A DNA stretch of 64,000 bases from Eledone cirrhosa (taxonomy: Eukaryota): NCBI GenBank assembly GCA_964016885.1, contig OZ024740.1:428296001-428360000 (forward strand), in the 5' to 3' direction. The notes under the pieces were generated by a model that was not told where the DNA came from, did not search any database, and was given only the letters and a program-made list of their open reading frames with translations. This document shows positions 38,938 through 52,276 of the stretch, in pieces. The position numbers and the translations under genes are program-made. The number at the start of each line of letters is the position of its first letter. Position 1 is the first letter of the stretch.

Positions 38938-39126
38938 AATTGTTTGTACTTTTGGCACAAGGCCAGCAATTACCCAGTACATTACTGGTACTTTATTTTA
39001 TCGACCCCTTAATGATGAAAGGCAAAGTTAACCTCGGCGGGATTTGAACTCGGATCATAAAGGGCCGTAACTATGCTGCAAAGCATGGTGTAAGACTCTC
39101 TACCGATTCTGCCAATCCACCGCCCT
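38938..39126 (-). mobile_element. SINE family S1
   Basis: Reverse complement of 4612-4797. Confidence 0.85.
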
Positions 39127-39449
39127 TTGTTTATAATGGTGGCAATGTAGGTGTTATTTAAGAAAATCTAATATTTCTTGTCTTTCTGTGAAGTTTATTA
39201 CTGACAAGGATTTAAAGTTGTTACTTTTATGTTAGTGCATATATGACGGGAATGAAACATTGCTTTAGTGCCCCCTAAACATGGCTGTTTAGTTGACGGC
39301 TGTTTTGAGTAAGTTCCAGGAACATACGTATAGAAATATGGATTCAGAATTTTCGTAGTGTTTAAATCTATGGAATTTTCTTCCTTCTTGTCCTTTCTCC
39401 ATCTTTCTTTCAGTGCGTCCGTATTTCTTTCGGTCGCTCTTTCCTTCTC

Positions 39450-42400
39450 TTCTCACATCCTTATCTCTCACTTTCTCTCTCTTTCTCTCACTTCTAACTC
39501 CATTATCTCTCTCTCGTTCTCTCTCTTTCTCTCTCTCTTTCTCTCACTTTCTCTCTCTTTCTCTCACTTCTAACTCCCTTATCTCTCTCTCGTTCTCTCT
39601 CTCTTTCTCTCACTTTCTCTCTCTTTCTCTCACTTCTAACTCCCTTATCTCTCTCTCGTTCTGTCTCTTTCTCCCTCTTTTTCTCTCACTTTCTCTCTCT
39701 TTCTCTCACTTCTAACTCCCTTATCTCTCTCTCGTTCTGTCTCTTTCTCCCTCTCTTTCTCTCTCTTTCTCTCACTTCTAACTCCCTTATCTCTCTCTCG
39801 TTCTCTCTCTTTCTCTCACTTTCTCTCTCTTTGTCTCACTTCTAACTCCCTTATCTCTCTCTCGTTCTCTCTCTTTCTCTCACTTTCTCTTTCTCTCACT
39901 TCTAACTCCCTTATCTCTCTCTCGTTCTCTCTCTTTCTCTCACTTTCTCTCTCTTTCTCTCACTTCTAACTCCATTATCTCTCTCTCGTTCTCTCTCTTT
40001 CTCTCTCTCTTTCTCTCACTTTCTCTCTCTTTCTCTCACTTCTAACTCCCCTATCTCTCTCTCGTTCTGTCTCTTTCTCCCTCTCTTTCTCTCACTTTCT
40101 CTCTCTTTCTCTCACTTCTAACTCCCTTATCTCTCTCTCGTTCTCTCTCTTTCTCTCACTTTCTCTCTCTTTCTCTCACTTCTAACTCCATTATCTCTCT
40201 CTCGTTCTCTCTCTTTCTCTCTCTCTTTCTCTCACTTTCTCTCTCTTTCTCTCACTTCTAACTCCCTTATCTCTCTCTCGTTCTCTCTCTCTTTCTCTCA
40301 CTTTCTCTCTCTTTCTCTCACTTCTAACTCCCTTATCTCTCTCTCGTTCTGTCTCTTTCTCCCTCTTTTTCTCTCACTTTCTCTCTCTTTCTCTCACTTC
40401 TAACTCCCTTATCTCTCTCTCGTTCTGTCTCTTTCTCCCTCTCTTTCTCTCTCTTTCTCTCACTTCTAACTCCCTTATCTCTCTCTCGTTCTCTCTCTTT
40501 CTCTCACTTTCTCTCTCTTTGTCTCACTTCTAACTCCCTTATCTCTCTCTCGTTCTCTCTCTTTCTCTCACTTTCTCTTTCTCTCACTTCTAACTCCCTT
40601 ATCTCTCTCTCGTTCTCTCTCTTTCTCTCACTTTCTCTCTCTTTCTCTCACTTCTAACTCCATTATCTCTCTCTCGTTCTCTCTCTTTCTCTCTCTCTTT
40701 CTCTCACTTTCTATCTCTTTCTCTCACTTCTAACTCCCCTATCTCTCTCTCGTTCTGTCTCTTTCTCCCTCTCTTTCTCTCACTTTCTCTCTCTTTCTCT
40801 CACTTCTAACTCCCTTATCTCTCTCTCGTTCTCTCTCTTTCTCTCACTTTCTCTCTCTTTCTCTCACTTCTAACTCCCTTATCTCTCTCTCGTTCTGTCT
40901 CTTTCTCCCTCTCTTTCTCTCACTTTCTCTCTCTTTCTCTCACTTCTAACTCCCTTATCTCTCTCTCGTTCTCTCTCTTTCTCTCACTTTCTCTCTCTTT
41001 CTCTCACTTCTAACTCCCTTATCTCTCTCTCGTTCTGTCTCTTTCTCCCTCTCTTTCTCTCACTTTCTCTCTCTTTCTCTCACTTCTAACTCCCTTATCT
41101 CTCTCTCGTTCTGTCTCTTTCTCCCTCACTTTCTCTCACTTTCTCTCTCTTTCTCTCACTTCTAACTCCCTTATCTCTCTCTCGTTCTCTCTCTTTCTCT
41201 CACTTTCTCTCTCTTTCTCTCACTTCTAACTCCTTTATCTCTCTCTCGTTCTCTCTCTTTCTCCCTCTCTTTCTATCACTTTCTATCTCTTTCTCTCACT
41301 TCTAACTCCTTTATCTCTTTCTCGTTCTCTCTCTTTCTCTCTCTCTTTCTCTCACTTTCTCTCTCTTTCTCTCACTTCTAACTCCTTTATCTATTTCTCG
41401 TTCTCTCTCTTTCTCCCTCTCTTTCTATCACTTTCTATCTCTTTCTCTCACTTCTAACTCCCTTATCTCTCTCTCGTTCTCTCTCTTTCTCTCTCACTTT
41501 CTATCACTTTCTCTCTCTTTCTCTCACTTCTAACTCCCTTATCTCTCTCTCGTTCTCTCTCTTTCTCCCTCTCTTTCTATCACTTTCTCTCTCTTTCTCT
41601 CACTTCTAACTCCCTTATCTCTCTCTCGTTCTGTCTCTTTCTCCCTCTCTTTCTCTCACTTTCTCTCTCTTTCTCTCACTTCTAACTCCCTTATCTCTCT
41701 CTCGTTCTCTCTCTTTCTCTCTCTCTTTCTATCACTTTCTCTCTCTTTCTCTCACTTCTAACTCCCTTATCTCTCTCGCGTTCTCTCTCTTTCTCTCTCT
41801 CTTTCTATCACTTTCTCTCTCTTTCTCTCACTTCTAACTCCCTTATCTCTCTCTCGTTCTGTCTCTTTCTCCCTCTCTTTCTCTCTCTTTCTCTCACTTC
41901 TAACTCCCTTATCTCTCTCTCGTTCTCTCTCTTTCTCTCACTTTCTCTCTCTTTGTCTCACTTCTAACTCCCTTATCTCTCTCTCGTTCTCTCTCTTTCT
42001 CTCACTTTCTCTTTCTCTCACTTCTAACTCCCTTATCTCTCTCTCGTTCTCTCTCTTTCTCTCACTTTCTCTCTCTTTCTCTCACTTCTAACTCCATTAT
42101 CTCTCTCTCGTTCTCTCTCTTTCTCTCTCTCTTTCTCTCACTTTCTCTCTCTTTCTCTCACTTCTAACTCCCCTATCTCTCTCTCGTTCTGTCTCTTTCT
42201 CCCTCTCTTTCTCTCACTTTCTCTCTCTTTCTCTCACTTCTAACTCCCTTATCTCTCTCTCGTTCTCTCTCTTTCTCTCACTTTCTCTCTCTTTCTCTCA
42301 CTTCTAACTCCATTATCTCTCTCTCGTTCTCTCTCTTTCTCTCTCTCTTTCTCTCACTTTCTCTCTCTTTCTCTCACTTCTAACTCCCTTATCTCTCTCT

Positions 42401-45400
42401 CGTTCTCTCTCTGTTTCTCTCACTTTCTCTCTCTTTCTCTCACTTCTAACTCCCTTATCTCTCTCTCGTTCTGTCTCTTTCTCCCTCTTTTTCTCTCACT
42501 TTCTCTCTCTTTCTCTCACTTCTAACTCCCTTATCTCTCTCTCGTTCTGTCTCTTTCTCCCTCTCTTTCTCTCTCTTTCTCTCACTTCTAACTCCCTTAT
42601 CTCTCTCTCGTTCTCTCTCTTTCTCTCACTTTCTCTCTCTTTGTCTCACTTCTAACTCCCTTATCTCTCTCTCGTTCTCTCTCTTTCTCTCACTTTCTCT
42701 TTCTCTCACTTCTAACTCCCTTATCTCTCTCTCGTTCTCTCTCTTTCTCTCACTTTCTCTCTCTTTCTCTCACTTCTAACTCCATTATCTCTCTCTCGTT
42801 CTCTCTCTTTCTCTCTCTCTTTCTCTCACTTTCTATCTCTTTCTCTCACTTCTAACTCCCCTATCTCTCTCTCGTTCTGTCTCTTTCTCCCTCTCTTTCT
42901 CTCACTTTCTCTCTCTTTCTCTCACTTCTAACTCCCTTATCTCTCTCTCGTTCTCTCTCTTTCTCTCACTTTCTCTCTCTTTCTCTCACTTCTAACTCCC
43001 TTATCTCTCTCTCGTTCTGTCTCTTTCTCCCTCTCTTTCTCTCACTTTCTCTCTCTTTCTCTCACTTCTAACTCCCTTATCTCTCTCTCGTTCTCTCTCT
43101 TTCTCTCACTTTCTCTCTCTTTCTCTCACTTCTAACTCCCTTATCTCTCTCTCGTTCTGTCTCTTTCTCCCTCTCTTTCTCTCACTTTCTCTCTCTTTCT
43201 CTCACTTCTAACTCCCTTATCTCTCTCTCGTTCTGTCTCTTTCTCCCTCACTTTCTCTCACTTTCTCTCTCTTTCTCTCACTTCTAACTCCCTTATCTCT
43301 CTCTCGTTCTCTCTCTTTCTCTCACTTTCTCTCTCTTTCTCTCACTTCTAACTCCTTTATCTCTCTCTCGTTCTCTCTCTTTCTCCCTCTCTTTCTATCA
43401 CTTTCTATCTCTTTCTCTCACTTCTAACTCCTTTATCTCTTTCTCGTTCTCTCTCTTTCTCTCTCTCTTTCTCTCACTTTCTCTCTCTTTCTCTCACTTC
43501 TAACTCCTTTATCTATTTCTCGTTCTCTCTCTTTCTCCCTCTCTTTCTATCACTTTCTATCTCTTTCTCTCACTTCTAACTCCCTTATCTCTCTCTCGTT
43601 CTCTCTCTTTCTCTCTCACTTTCTATCACTTTCTCTCTCTTTCTCTCACTTCTAACTCCCTTATCTCTCTCTCGTTCTCTCTCTTTCTCCCTCTCTTTCT
43701 ATCACTTTCTCTCTCTTTCTCTCACTTCTAACTCCCTTATCTCTCTCTCGTTCTGTCTCTTTCTCCCTCTCTTTCTCTCACTTTCTCTCTCTTTCTCTCA
43801 CTTCTAACTCCCTTATCTCTCTCTCGTTCTCTCTCTTTCTCTCTCTCTTTCTATCACTTTCTCTCTCTTTCTCTCACTTCTAACTCCCTTATCTCTCTCG
43901 CGTTCTCTCTCTTTCTCTCTCTCTTTCTATCACTTTCTCTCTCTTTCTCTCACTTCTAACTCCCTTATCTCTCTCTCGTTCTGTCTCTTTCTCCCTCTCT
44001 TTCTCTCTCTTTCTCTCACTTCTAACTCCCTTATCTCTCTCTCGTTCTCTCTCTTTCTCTCACTTTCTCTCTCTTTGTCTCACTTCTAACTCCCTTATCT
44101 CTCTCTCGTTCTCTCTCTTTCTCTCACTTTGTCTTTCTCTCACTTCTAACTCCCTTATCTCTCTCTCGTTCTCTCTCTTTCTCTCACTTTCTCTCTCTTT
44201 CTCTCACTTCTAACTCCATTATCTCTCTCTCGTTCTCTCTCTTTCTCTCTCTCTTTCTCTCACTTTCTCTCTCTTTCTCTCACTTCTAACTCCCCTATCT
44301 CTCTCTCGTTCTGTCTCTTTCTCCCTCTCTTTCTCTCACTTTCTCTCTCTTTCTCTCACTTCTAACTCCCTTATCTCTCTCTCGTTCTCTCTCTTTCTCT
44401 CACTTTCTCTCTCTTTCTCTCACTTCTAACTCCATTATCTCTCTCTCGTTCTCTCTCTTTCTCTCTCTCTTTCTCTCACTTTCTCTCTCTTTCTCTCACT
44501 TCTAACTCCCTTATCTCTCTCTCGTTCTCTCTCTCTTTCTCTCACTTTCTCTCTCTTTCTCTCACTTCTAACTCCCTTATCTCTCTCTCGTTCTGTCTCT
44601 TTCTCCCTCTTTTTCTCTCACTTTCTCTCTCTTTCTCTCACTTCTAACTCCCTTATCTCTCTCTCGTTCTGTCTCTTTCTCCCTCTCTTTCTCTCTCTTT
44701 CTCTCACTTCTAACTCCCTTATCTCTCTCTCGTTCTCTCTCTTTCTCTCACTTTCTCTCTCTTTGTCTCACTTCTAACTCCCTTATCTCTCTCTCGTTCT
44801 CTCTCTTTCTCTCACTTTCTCTTTCTCTCACTTCTAACTCCCTTATCTCTCTCTCGTTCTCTCTCTTTCTCTCACTTTCTCTCTCTTTCTCTCACTTCTA
44901 ACTCCATTATCTCTCTCTCGTTCTCTCTCTTTCTCTCTCTCTTTCTCTCACTTTCTATCTCTTTCTCTCACTTCTAACTCCCCTATCTCTCTCTCGTTCT
45001 GTCTCTTTCTCCCTCTCTTTCTCTCACTTTCTCTCTCTTTCTCTCACTTCTAACTCCCTTATCTCTCTCTCGTTCTCTCTCTTTCTCTCACTTCTAACTC
45101 CCTTATCTCTCTCTCGTTCTGTCTCTTTCTCCCTCTCTTTCTCTCACTTTCTCTCTCTTTCTCTCACTTCTAACTCCCTTATCTCTCTCTCGTTCTCTCT
45201 CTTTCTCTCACTTTCTCTCTCTTTCTCTCACTTCTAACTCCCTTATCTCTCTCTCGTTCTGTCTCTTTCTACCTCTCTTTCTCTCACTTTCTCTCTCTTT
45301 CTCTCACTTCTAACTCCCTTATCTCTCTCTCGTTCTGTCTCTTTCTCCCTCACTTTCTCTCACTTTCTCTCTCTTTCTCTCACTTCTAACTCCCTTATCT

Positions 45401-46840
45401 CTCTCTCGTTCTCTCTCTTTCTCTCACTTTCTCTCTCTTTCTCTCACTTCTAACTCCTTTATCTCTCTCTCGTTCTCTCTCTTTCTCCCTCTCTTTCTAT
45501 CACTTTCTATCTCTTTCTCTCACTTCTAACTCCTTTATCTCTTTCTCGTTCTCTCTCTTTCTCTCTCTCTTTCTCTCACTTTCTCTCTCTTTCTCTCACT
45601 TCTAACTCCTTTATCTATTTCTCGTTCTCTCTCTTTCTCCCTCTCTTTCTATCACTTTCTATCTCTTTCTCTCACTTCTAACTCCCTTATCTCTCTCTCG
45701 TTCTCTCTCTTTCTCTCTCACTTTCTATCACTTTCTCTCTCTTTCTCTCACTTCTAACTCCCTTATCTCTCTCTCGTTCTCTCTCTTTCTCCCTCTCTTT
45801 CTATCACTTTCTCTCTCTTTCTCTCACTTCTAACTCCCTTATCTCTCTCTCGTTCTGTCTCTTTCTCCCTCTCTTTCTCTCACTTTCTCTCTCTTTCTCT
45901 CACTTCTAACTCCCTTATCTCTCTCTCGTTCTCTCTCTTTCTCTCTCTCTTTCTATCACTTTCTCTCTCTTTCTCTCACTTCTAACTCCCTTATCTCTCT
46001 CGCGTTCTCTCTCTTTCTCTCTCTCTTTCTATCACTTTCTCTCTCTTTCTCTCACTTCTAACTCCCTTATCTCTCTCGCGTTCTCTCTCTTTCTCTCTCT
46101 CTTTCTCTCACTTTCTCTCTCTTTCTCTCACTTCTAACTCCTTTATCTCTCTGTCGTTCTCTCTCTTTCTCCCTCTCTTTCTCTCACTTTCTCTCTCTTT
46201 CTCTCACTTCTAACTCCCTTATCTCTCTCTCGTTCTGTCTCTTTCTCCCTCTCTTTCTCTCACTTTCTCTCTCTTTCTCTCACTTCTAACTCCCTTATCT
46301 CTCTCTCGTTCTCTCTCTTTCTCTCTCACTTTCTCTCACTTTCTCTCTCTTTCTCTCACTTCTAACTCCCTTATCTCTCTCTCGTTCTCTCACATACTCC
46401 CTCTCTTTCTCTCACTTTCTCTCTCTTTCTCTCACTTCTAACTCCTTTATCTCTTTCTCGTTCTCTCTCTTTCTCTCACTTTCTCTCTCTTTCTCTCACT
46501 TCTAACTCCCTTATCTCTCTCTCGTTCTCTCGCTTTCTCCCTCTCTTTCTATTTTTTTCTCTCTCTTTCTCTCACTTCTAACTCCCTTATCTCTCTCTCG
46601 TTATGTCTCTTTCTCCCTCTCTTTCTCTCACTTTCTCTCTCTTTCTCTCACTTCTAACTCCTTTATCTCTCTCTCGTTCTCTCTCTTTCTCCCTCTCTTT
46701 CTATCACTTTCTCTCTCTTTCTCTCACTTCTAACTCCTTTATCTCTTTCTCGTTCTCTCTCTTTCTCTCTCTCTTTCTCTCACTTTCTCTCTCTTTCTCT
46801 CACTTCTAACTCCCTTATCTCTCTCGCGTTCTCTCTCTTT
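39450..46840. repeat. CT-rich satellite, ~60-78-bp monomer (ctcacttctaactcccttatctctctctcgttctctctcttt...), with higher-order structure
   Basis: About 100 tandem monomers; variant markers recur at 688 and 2122 bp. Confidence 0.97.
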
Positions 46841-46964
46841 CTCTCTCTATTTCTCTCTCTATCTCTCTATTTCTCTCTCTTTCTTTCACTTTCTCTTTCT
46901 CTCTATTTCTAGTTCTTTCTTTCTCTCCTTCTCTCCCTCTCTCGCCCCTCACTCTCCCGCTAGT

Positions 46965-47025
<61 letters not shown>

Positions 47026-47235
47026 ATTGTCTTATTCTCTCTCGTTCGCTCTCTCTCGTTCTCTCCTCCATCCTACCCTCTCTTTAACTTTAACCCCCTC
47101 TCTCTCCCTCTCTCCACCCTCTATCTCATCTTAGCCCCTCTCCCCCCTCTCTGGTGTTGGTAATGAGGGTGAAGATTATGGTCGTCTTCATTTTGAGGAG
47201 TAAGGTGATGATGTAGAGGTGGAAGATAAGGAAGC

Positions 47236-48197
47236 TGGTGATAACGATGAGGAAACTGATGTTGATGATCATGGTGATGATGATGGTGGTGATGGTGATG
47301 GTGATGGTGGTGGTGGTGATGATGGTGATGGTGGTGGTGATGGTGATGGTGGTGGTGATGATGGTGATGGTGATGGTGGTGATGATGATGGTGATGGTGC
47401 TGGTGGTGGTGGTGATGGTGCTGGTGGTGGTGATGATGATGATGGTGATGATGATGTTGATGGTGATGATGGTGATGATGGTGATGATGGTGATGGTGAT
47501 GGTGATGGTGATGGTGATGATGGTGATTGTGATGGTGATGGTGATGATGGTGATGATGGTGATGATGGTGATTGTGATGGTGATGGTGATGATGGTGATG
47601 GTGATGGTGATGGTGATGATGGTGATTGTGATGGTCGTGATGATGATGGTGGTGATGGTGATGATAATGGTGGTGATGGTGATGGTGATGGTGATGGTGA
47701 TGGTGATGGTGGTGATGGTGATGGTGATGGTGATGTTGATGGAGATGGTGATGGTGGTGATGGTGATGGTGATGGTGATGGTGCTGGTGGTGGTGGTGAT
47801 GGTGATGATGGTGGAGATGGTGGTGGTGGTGGTGGTGGTGGTGGTAGTGATGGTGATGGTGATGGTGGTGGTGGTGGTGGTGATAGTGATGGTGGTGATG
47901 GTGATGCAGACGGTGATGGTGATGATGATGATGGTGATGGTGATGGTGATGATGATGATTGTGGTGATGATGATGGTGATGGTGATGATGGTGATGGTGA
48001 TGGTGATGGTGCTGGTGGTGGTGGTGATGGTGATGGTGGTGATGATGGTGTTGATGATGATGGTGATGATAATAGTGATAGTGATGGTGATGGTGATGGT
48101 GATAGTGATGATGGCGATGGTGATGGTGATGATGATGGTGGTGATGATGATGATGATGAAGGTGATGATGATTATGATGGTGATCGTGATGATGATG
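47236..48197. repeat. (GAT/GGT)n degenerate trinucleotide tract
   Basis: Directly visible; produces spurious Asp/Gly and Met/Val ORFs. Confidence 0.95.
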
Positions 48198-48605
48198 AAC
48201 TTAATAAAGCCCCTTTGCCTTTACCTTCCTCTTCACTTAGCCAGCCAAGTCATCAGCTAGGCTTCAGTATTCACACTACAATCCCTCACCCAAATAGCCA
48301 GAATCAGGGCAAGTGACAAGGCTGCAGTTGTAATTTATCGCCTCTTGTTTGTGACTGTCACCACAGGTGGAGCTAGCTACCCTGTCCAAGCTAACTCACT
48401 CATTTATTGTGTCACGTGAGCCATAAATCGTCTGTGACATCCAGGCAAACAGAGAAAGTGATTGTGTGCGTGCCTGTGTGGTGCATGTTTGTGTGTATGT
48501 TTGTGTTTTGTGTGTGTTTTGTGTGAATGTGTGGGAGCGAGTGTGTTGTGTGTGAGAACGCGTGTGTGTGTCTGTGTGGAACTGTGTGTCTATGTGCATA
48601 TATAA

Positions 48606-48685
<80 letters not shown>

Positions 48686-48704
48686 ACATATATATATATA
48701 TATA

Positions 48705-49310
48705 CTAGCTTTGCGAGGTTTTTGATATGAAATCGTGTGTCGAAACAAATATTGTTATACTTGGGGAGGGTCATATTTGTGTAATAATATTGCCAGAATT
48801 AATAACAGAACACACTCACTGTTTGGTTGGTTTTCGCCTCTGTGTCTTTTATCGGTTAATTTAATTTATTCGGTCCTCAATGTTACCATTGACTGACCAA
48901 CGGTCAAAAATACAAATACAATATAGACACAAACACATATATATAGTCTAACAAAGTTCTTTCGTTGCATATCTGCAACATCGTCAGTGGTGCTATTATG
49001 TTTCCCCCTGCTGTATTGTATGCTTACGCCATCTTTTGGCGTAGCATACAATACAACAGGAGGAAACATAATAGCACCACTGACGATGTTGCAGATATGC
49101 AACGAAAGAACTTTGTTAGACTATATATATGTGTTTGTGTCTATATTGTATTTGTATTTTTGACCGTTGGTCAGTCAATGGTAACATTGAGGACCGAATA
49201 AATTAAATTAACCGATAAAAGACACAGAGGCGAAAACCAACCAAACAGTGAGTGTGTTCTGTTATTAATTCTGGCAATATTATTACACAAATATGACCCT
49301 CCCCAAGTAT

Positions 49311-49318
<8 letters not shown>
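48705..49318. mobile_element. Fold-back element, family A variant: ~568-bp near-perfect palindrome centred ~49033, with tail at 48705-48750
   Basis: Arms 48751-49030 / 49037-49316 (mirror ORFs in the ORF track); termini attgttatacttggggagggtcat; hammerhead motif in each arm; (TA)n flanks. Confidence 0.9.
49075..49118 (+). ncRNA. Minimal type I hammerhead motif (mirror copy on minus at ~48949-48992)
   Basis: acca-CTGACGA-t-gttgca-gata-tgcaac-GAAA-gaac-TT-tgtt; stem I is weak (one mismatch). Confidence 0.55.
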
Positions 49319-49390
<72 letters not shown>

Positions 49391-50024
49391 CTGAACAAAA
49401 AGGAAAAAACGAACACAGACATATATATATATATATGTGTTCAAATCGTAATGGACCAAAATCTCTAAGGTGAAAAAATTACTAACTACAGACAATAGGG
49501 TTTGCTGGACTCAATTTAAGAATAAATTAAGAAAAATAAATACAAACCAGTAACTACCATCACCCAGACGGTCTTTGATAGAACCGTTTCGCAATATTAT
49601 TTGTGAAGAGAAATACCAAATTCCAGGCTCATCAGTGGGTTTTGAAATTGTATACTCCTCACTTCTACTTCTAAATCAAATAGAAAACTGGAAAGTGTGT
49701 GTATATATATATATATATAATGTACATAGTTCCCGAACTTAGCATGTCGCGTAGACTTACGCCACTAAAAATTGCAGCCGGGTCTACACGACATTTGAAA
49801 TAGCTCTACGAATTAACGGAGCCGAATATATCAAAAGCTTGTATTGAGTTAGAAACTCTAAATAGTCTCATTACAGTAAATTAGCTCTAGGAATAGGGCT
49901 TTTCTACATTATATATATATATATATAACGAAGGGAGTGTGGTAATGAACCAGGTGGACCATAACGCACCAGAGTACTCGATACTTTGGGTAGTAGAATG
50001 GGAAATGTTTCAGGACCCCGACGG

Positions 50025-50094
<70 letters not shown>

Positions 50095-50395
50095 AATAGG
50101 GGAAAAGAAAGGAAGAGGCTGATGCAGGGGAAAAAATATTACAAAGAAACACCAGTAAGACGGTTACTTAGCCTCCAGTAAACCTGATGAAACATATATA
50201 ATGAAATACCATCCAACCATGACCATCCTCACATTTCCCGTACAACATTTATCTCTAATAACGTTATGTCCTTCTTATTTTAAGATTTTTAAATCACTTC
50301 TATAATTAAAATTATTAAAATACTTTTAAAATCGACTCAAAATCCACCCACACACACATACATACACACAAACATACATACATACACACACACAT

Positions 50396-50467
<72 letters not shown>

Positions 50468-50907
50468 GTGTGAGTGTGTGTTTCATCATATATAACGTCT
50501 ATTTTCCAACCCTATCATGGGTTAGACGATATCTAGATCTATCTATCTATCTAACCATATATATATGTGTGTGTGAATATGAAAACAAGACGTGCTGCGT
50601 GGTTGCAAATGGGTTACATATGAATAAATTTAGTCCTTCATCAGTGATCTTCCAACCTTCATTGTTATTTCATCGCTTTAAAGACCATATACCTCCGGTT
50701 GGTGCGAACAACGGCTAAAGAAAGACGTTGTGACACATAAATAGGGGAAACGAGCGAGAGTGTAAACAAACAAAGATGGTAATGCAACGAAAAGTGAGGA
50801 AGAAGGAGTCAAGTCCCAGAAATCGATGAACATACGTTCTGTGAAATCGTGGACGAGAGAGAATAAAGACCATCAAACCTAGTCGAAATGTGAGCAAGGA
50901 AGGAATT

Positions 50908-50976
<69 letters not shown>

Positions 50977-50980
<4 letters not shown>

Positions 50981-51089
50981 GCTTCCACAGTTCTAGTCCT
51001 GTAGAAGCCTTTCTATATTAAATATTTATACTCTGCTTTGTATTGAGTACCTTACTTACTGTGGTTACCCCGATTGAACCCGAGATAAA

Positions 51090-51092
<3 letters not shown>
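50977..51092 (+). mobile_element. Relative of the 4103-4350 element with the hammerhead core deleted
   Basis: ggcttcc|acagttctagtcctgtagaagcc followed by ttctatattaaatatttatactctgc...gataaactta; (TA)n on both sides. Confidence 0.75.
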
Positions 51093-51173
<81 letters not shown>

Positions 51174-51786
51174 ATAAATAGATAGATAGATAGATAGATA
51201 TAATCAAAGAGGGGGAACAAAAGTTACACAAGTGAACTGATACAAATATAAACACAGACATACAGGTAGACTTTCACACGCACCGAAAGCCGTATACCAG
51301 TGTGTGTGTGTGTCTACACCAGTGTATGTGTGTCTACTAAAGGGATGCCTGTTTATCTATATGTGCGTTAGTGTGTGCGAGCTGTGCGATAGAAAGGGAG
51401 TCCGGCAGACACGAGGGGAGGGAAGTACAAGGAGAGAAAAAGATGGCAGAGACCATAATTCTCACCCAACATTCACAAACGTTAAAATAAGAAGACAAAA
51501 ATAGTTGTAAAGTGAATGGGTGAGTAGAACTGCAAAAAAGGGTCAGCTAGATGTAGAAAGTTATTCAACAAGGACAGGTTTTCACGTGGTTCTCACTGCA
51601 CTGAAGGACATGTCCCTGGTACAAGTCTAACTACAGAGGAAGCTCGTTAAAAGTATGTCATAGGTTCATGTGATTTGACATAACTTCACCTGCACCGGAA
51701 GTACCTTTTAGAAAACAAAAGCTAGCTTTCGAGAACAACTAACTCTCAACAATACTACACTACCAACAGCATGTTGTAGAGACGTT

Positions 51787-51828
<42 letters not shown>

Positions 51829-51865
51829 TATGTATGTATGTATGTGTGTATGTGTGTACGTTTAT

Positions 51866-51903
<38 letters not shown>

Positions 51904-51933
51904 GAATTCATGCATATACATACATACATATAC

Positions 51934-51987
<54 letters not shown>

Positions 51988-52021
51988 GTGTATGTGTAAA
52001 TACATACACACACACACACAC

Positions 52022-52077
<56 letters not shown>

Positions 52078-52198
52078 GATAACAAGAATACCTAAAATAA
52101 AGCCTCTTGTTGTACAGCCGACCTTGTTACTCTTCATTCTTTCACTATATAAATATATATATATATATATATTCATACATATATATATATATACATGC

Positions 52199-52268
<70 letters not shown>

Positions 52269-52276
<8 letters not shown>

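Noticed and set aside
39450-46840. CRISPR-like regular repeats
   Set aside because: No unique spacers and no cas genes; this is a eukaryotic satellite.
47219-48316. 365-aa Asp/Gly-rich ORF resembling an acidic matrix protein
   Set aside because: Lies on a (GAT/GGT)n tract that is also open in another frame; non-ATG start, no signal peptide or splice support.
49575-49642. Minus-strand CTGATGA…GAAAC hammerhead-like motif
   Set aside because: Core words are present but stems I and III do not pair.
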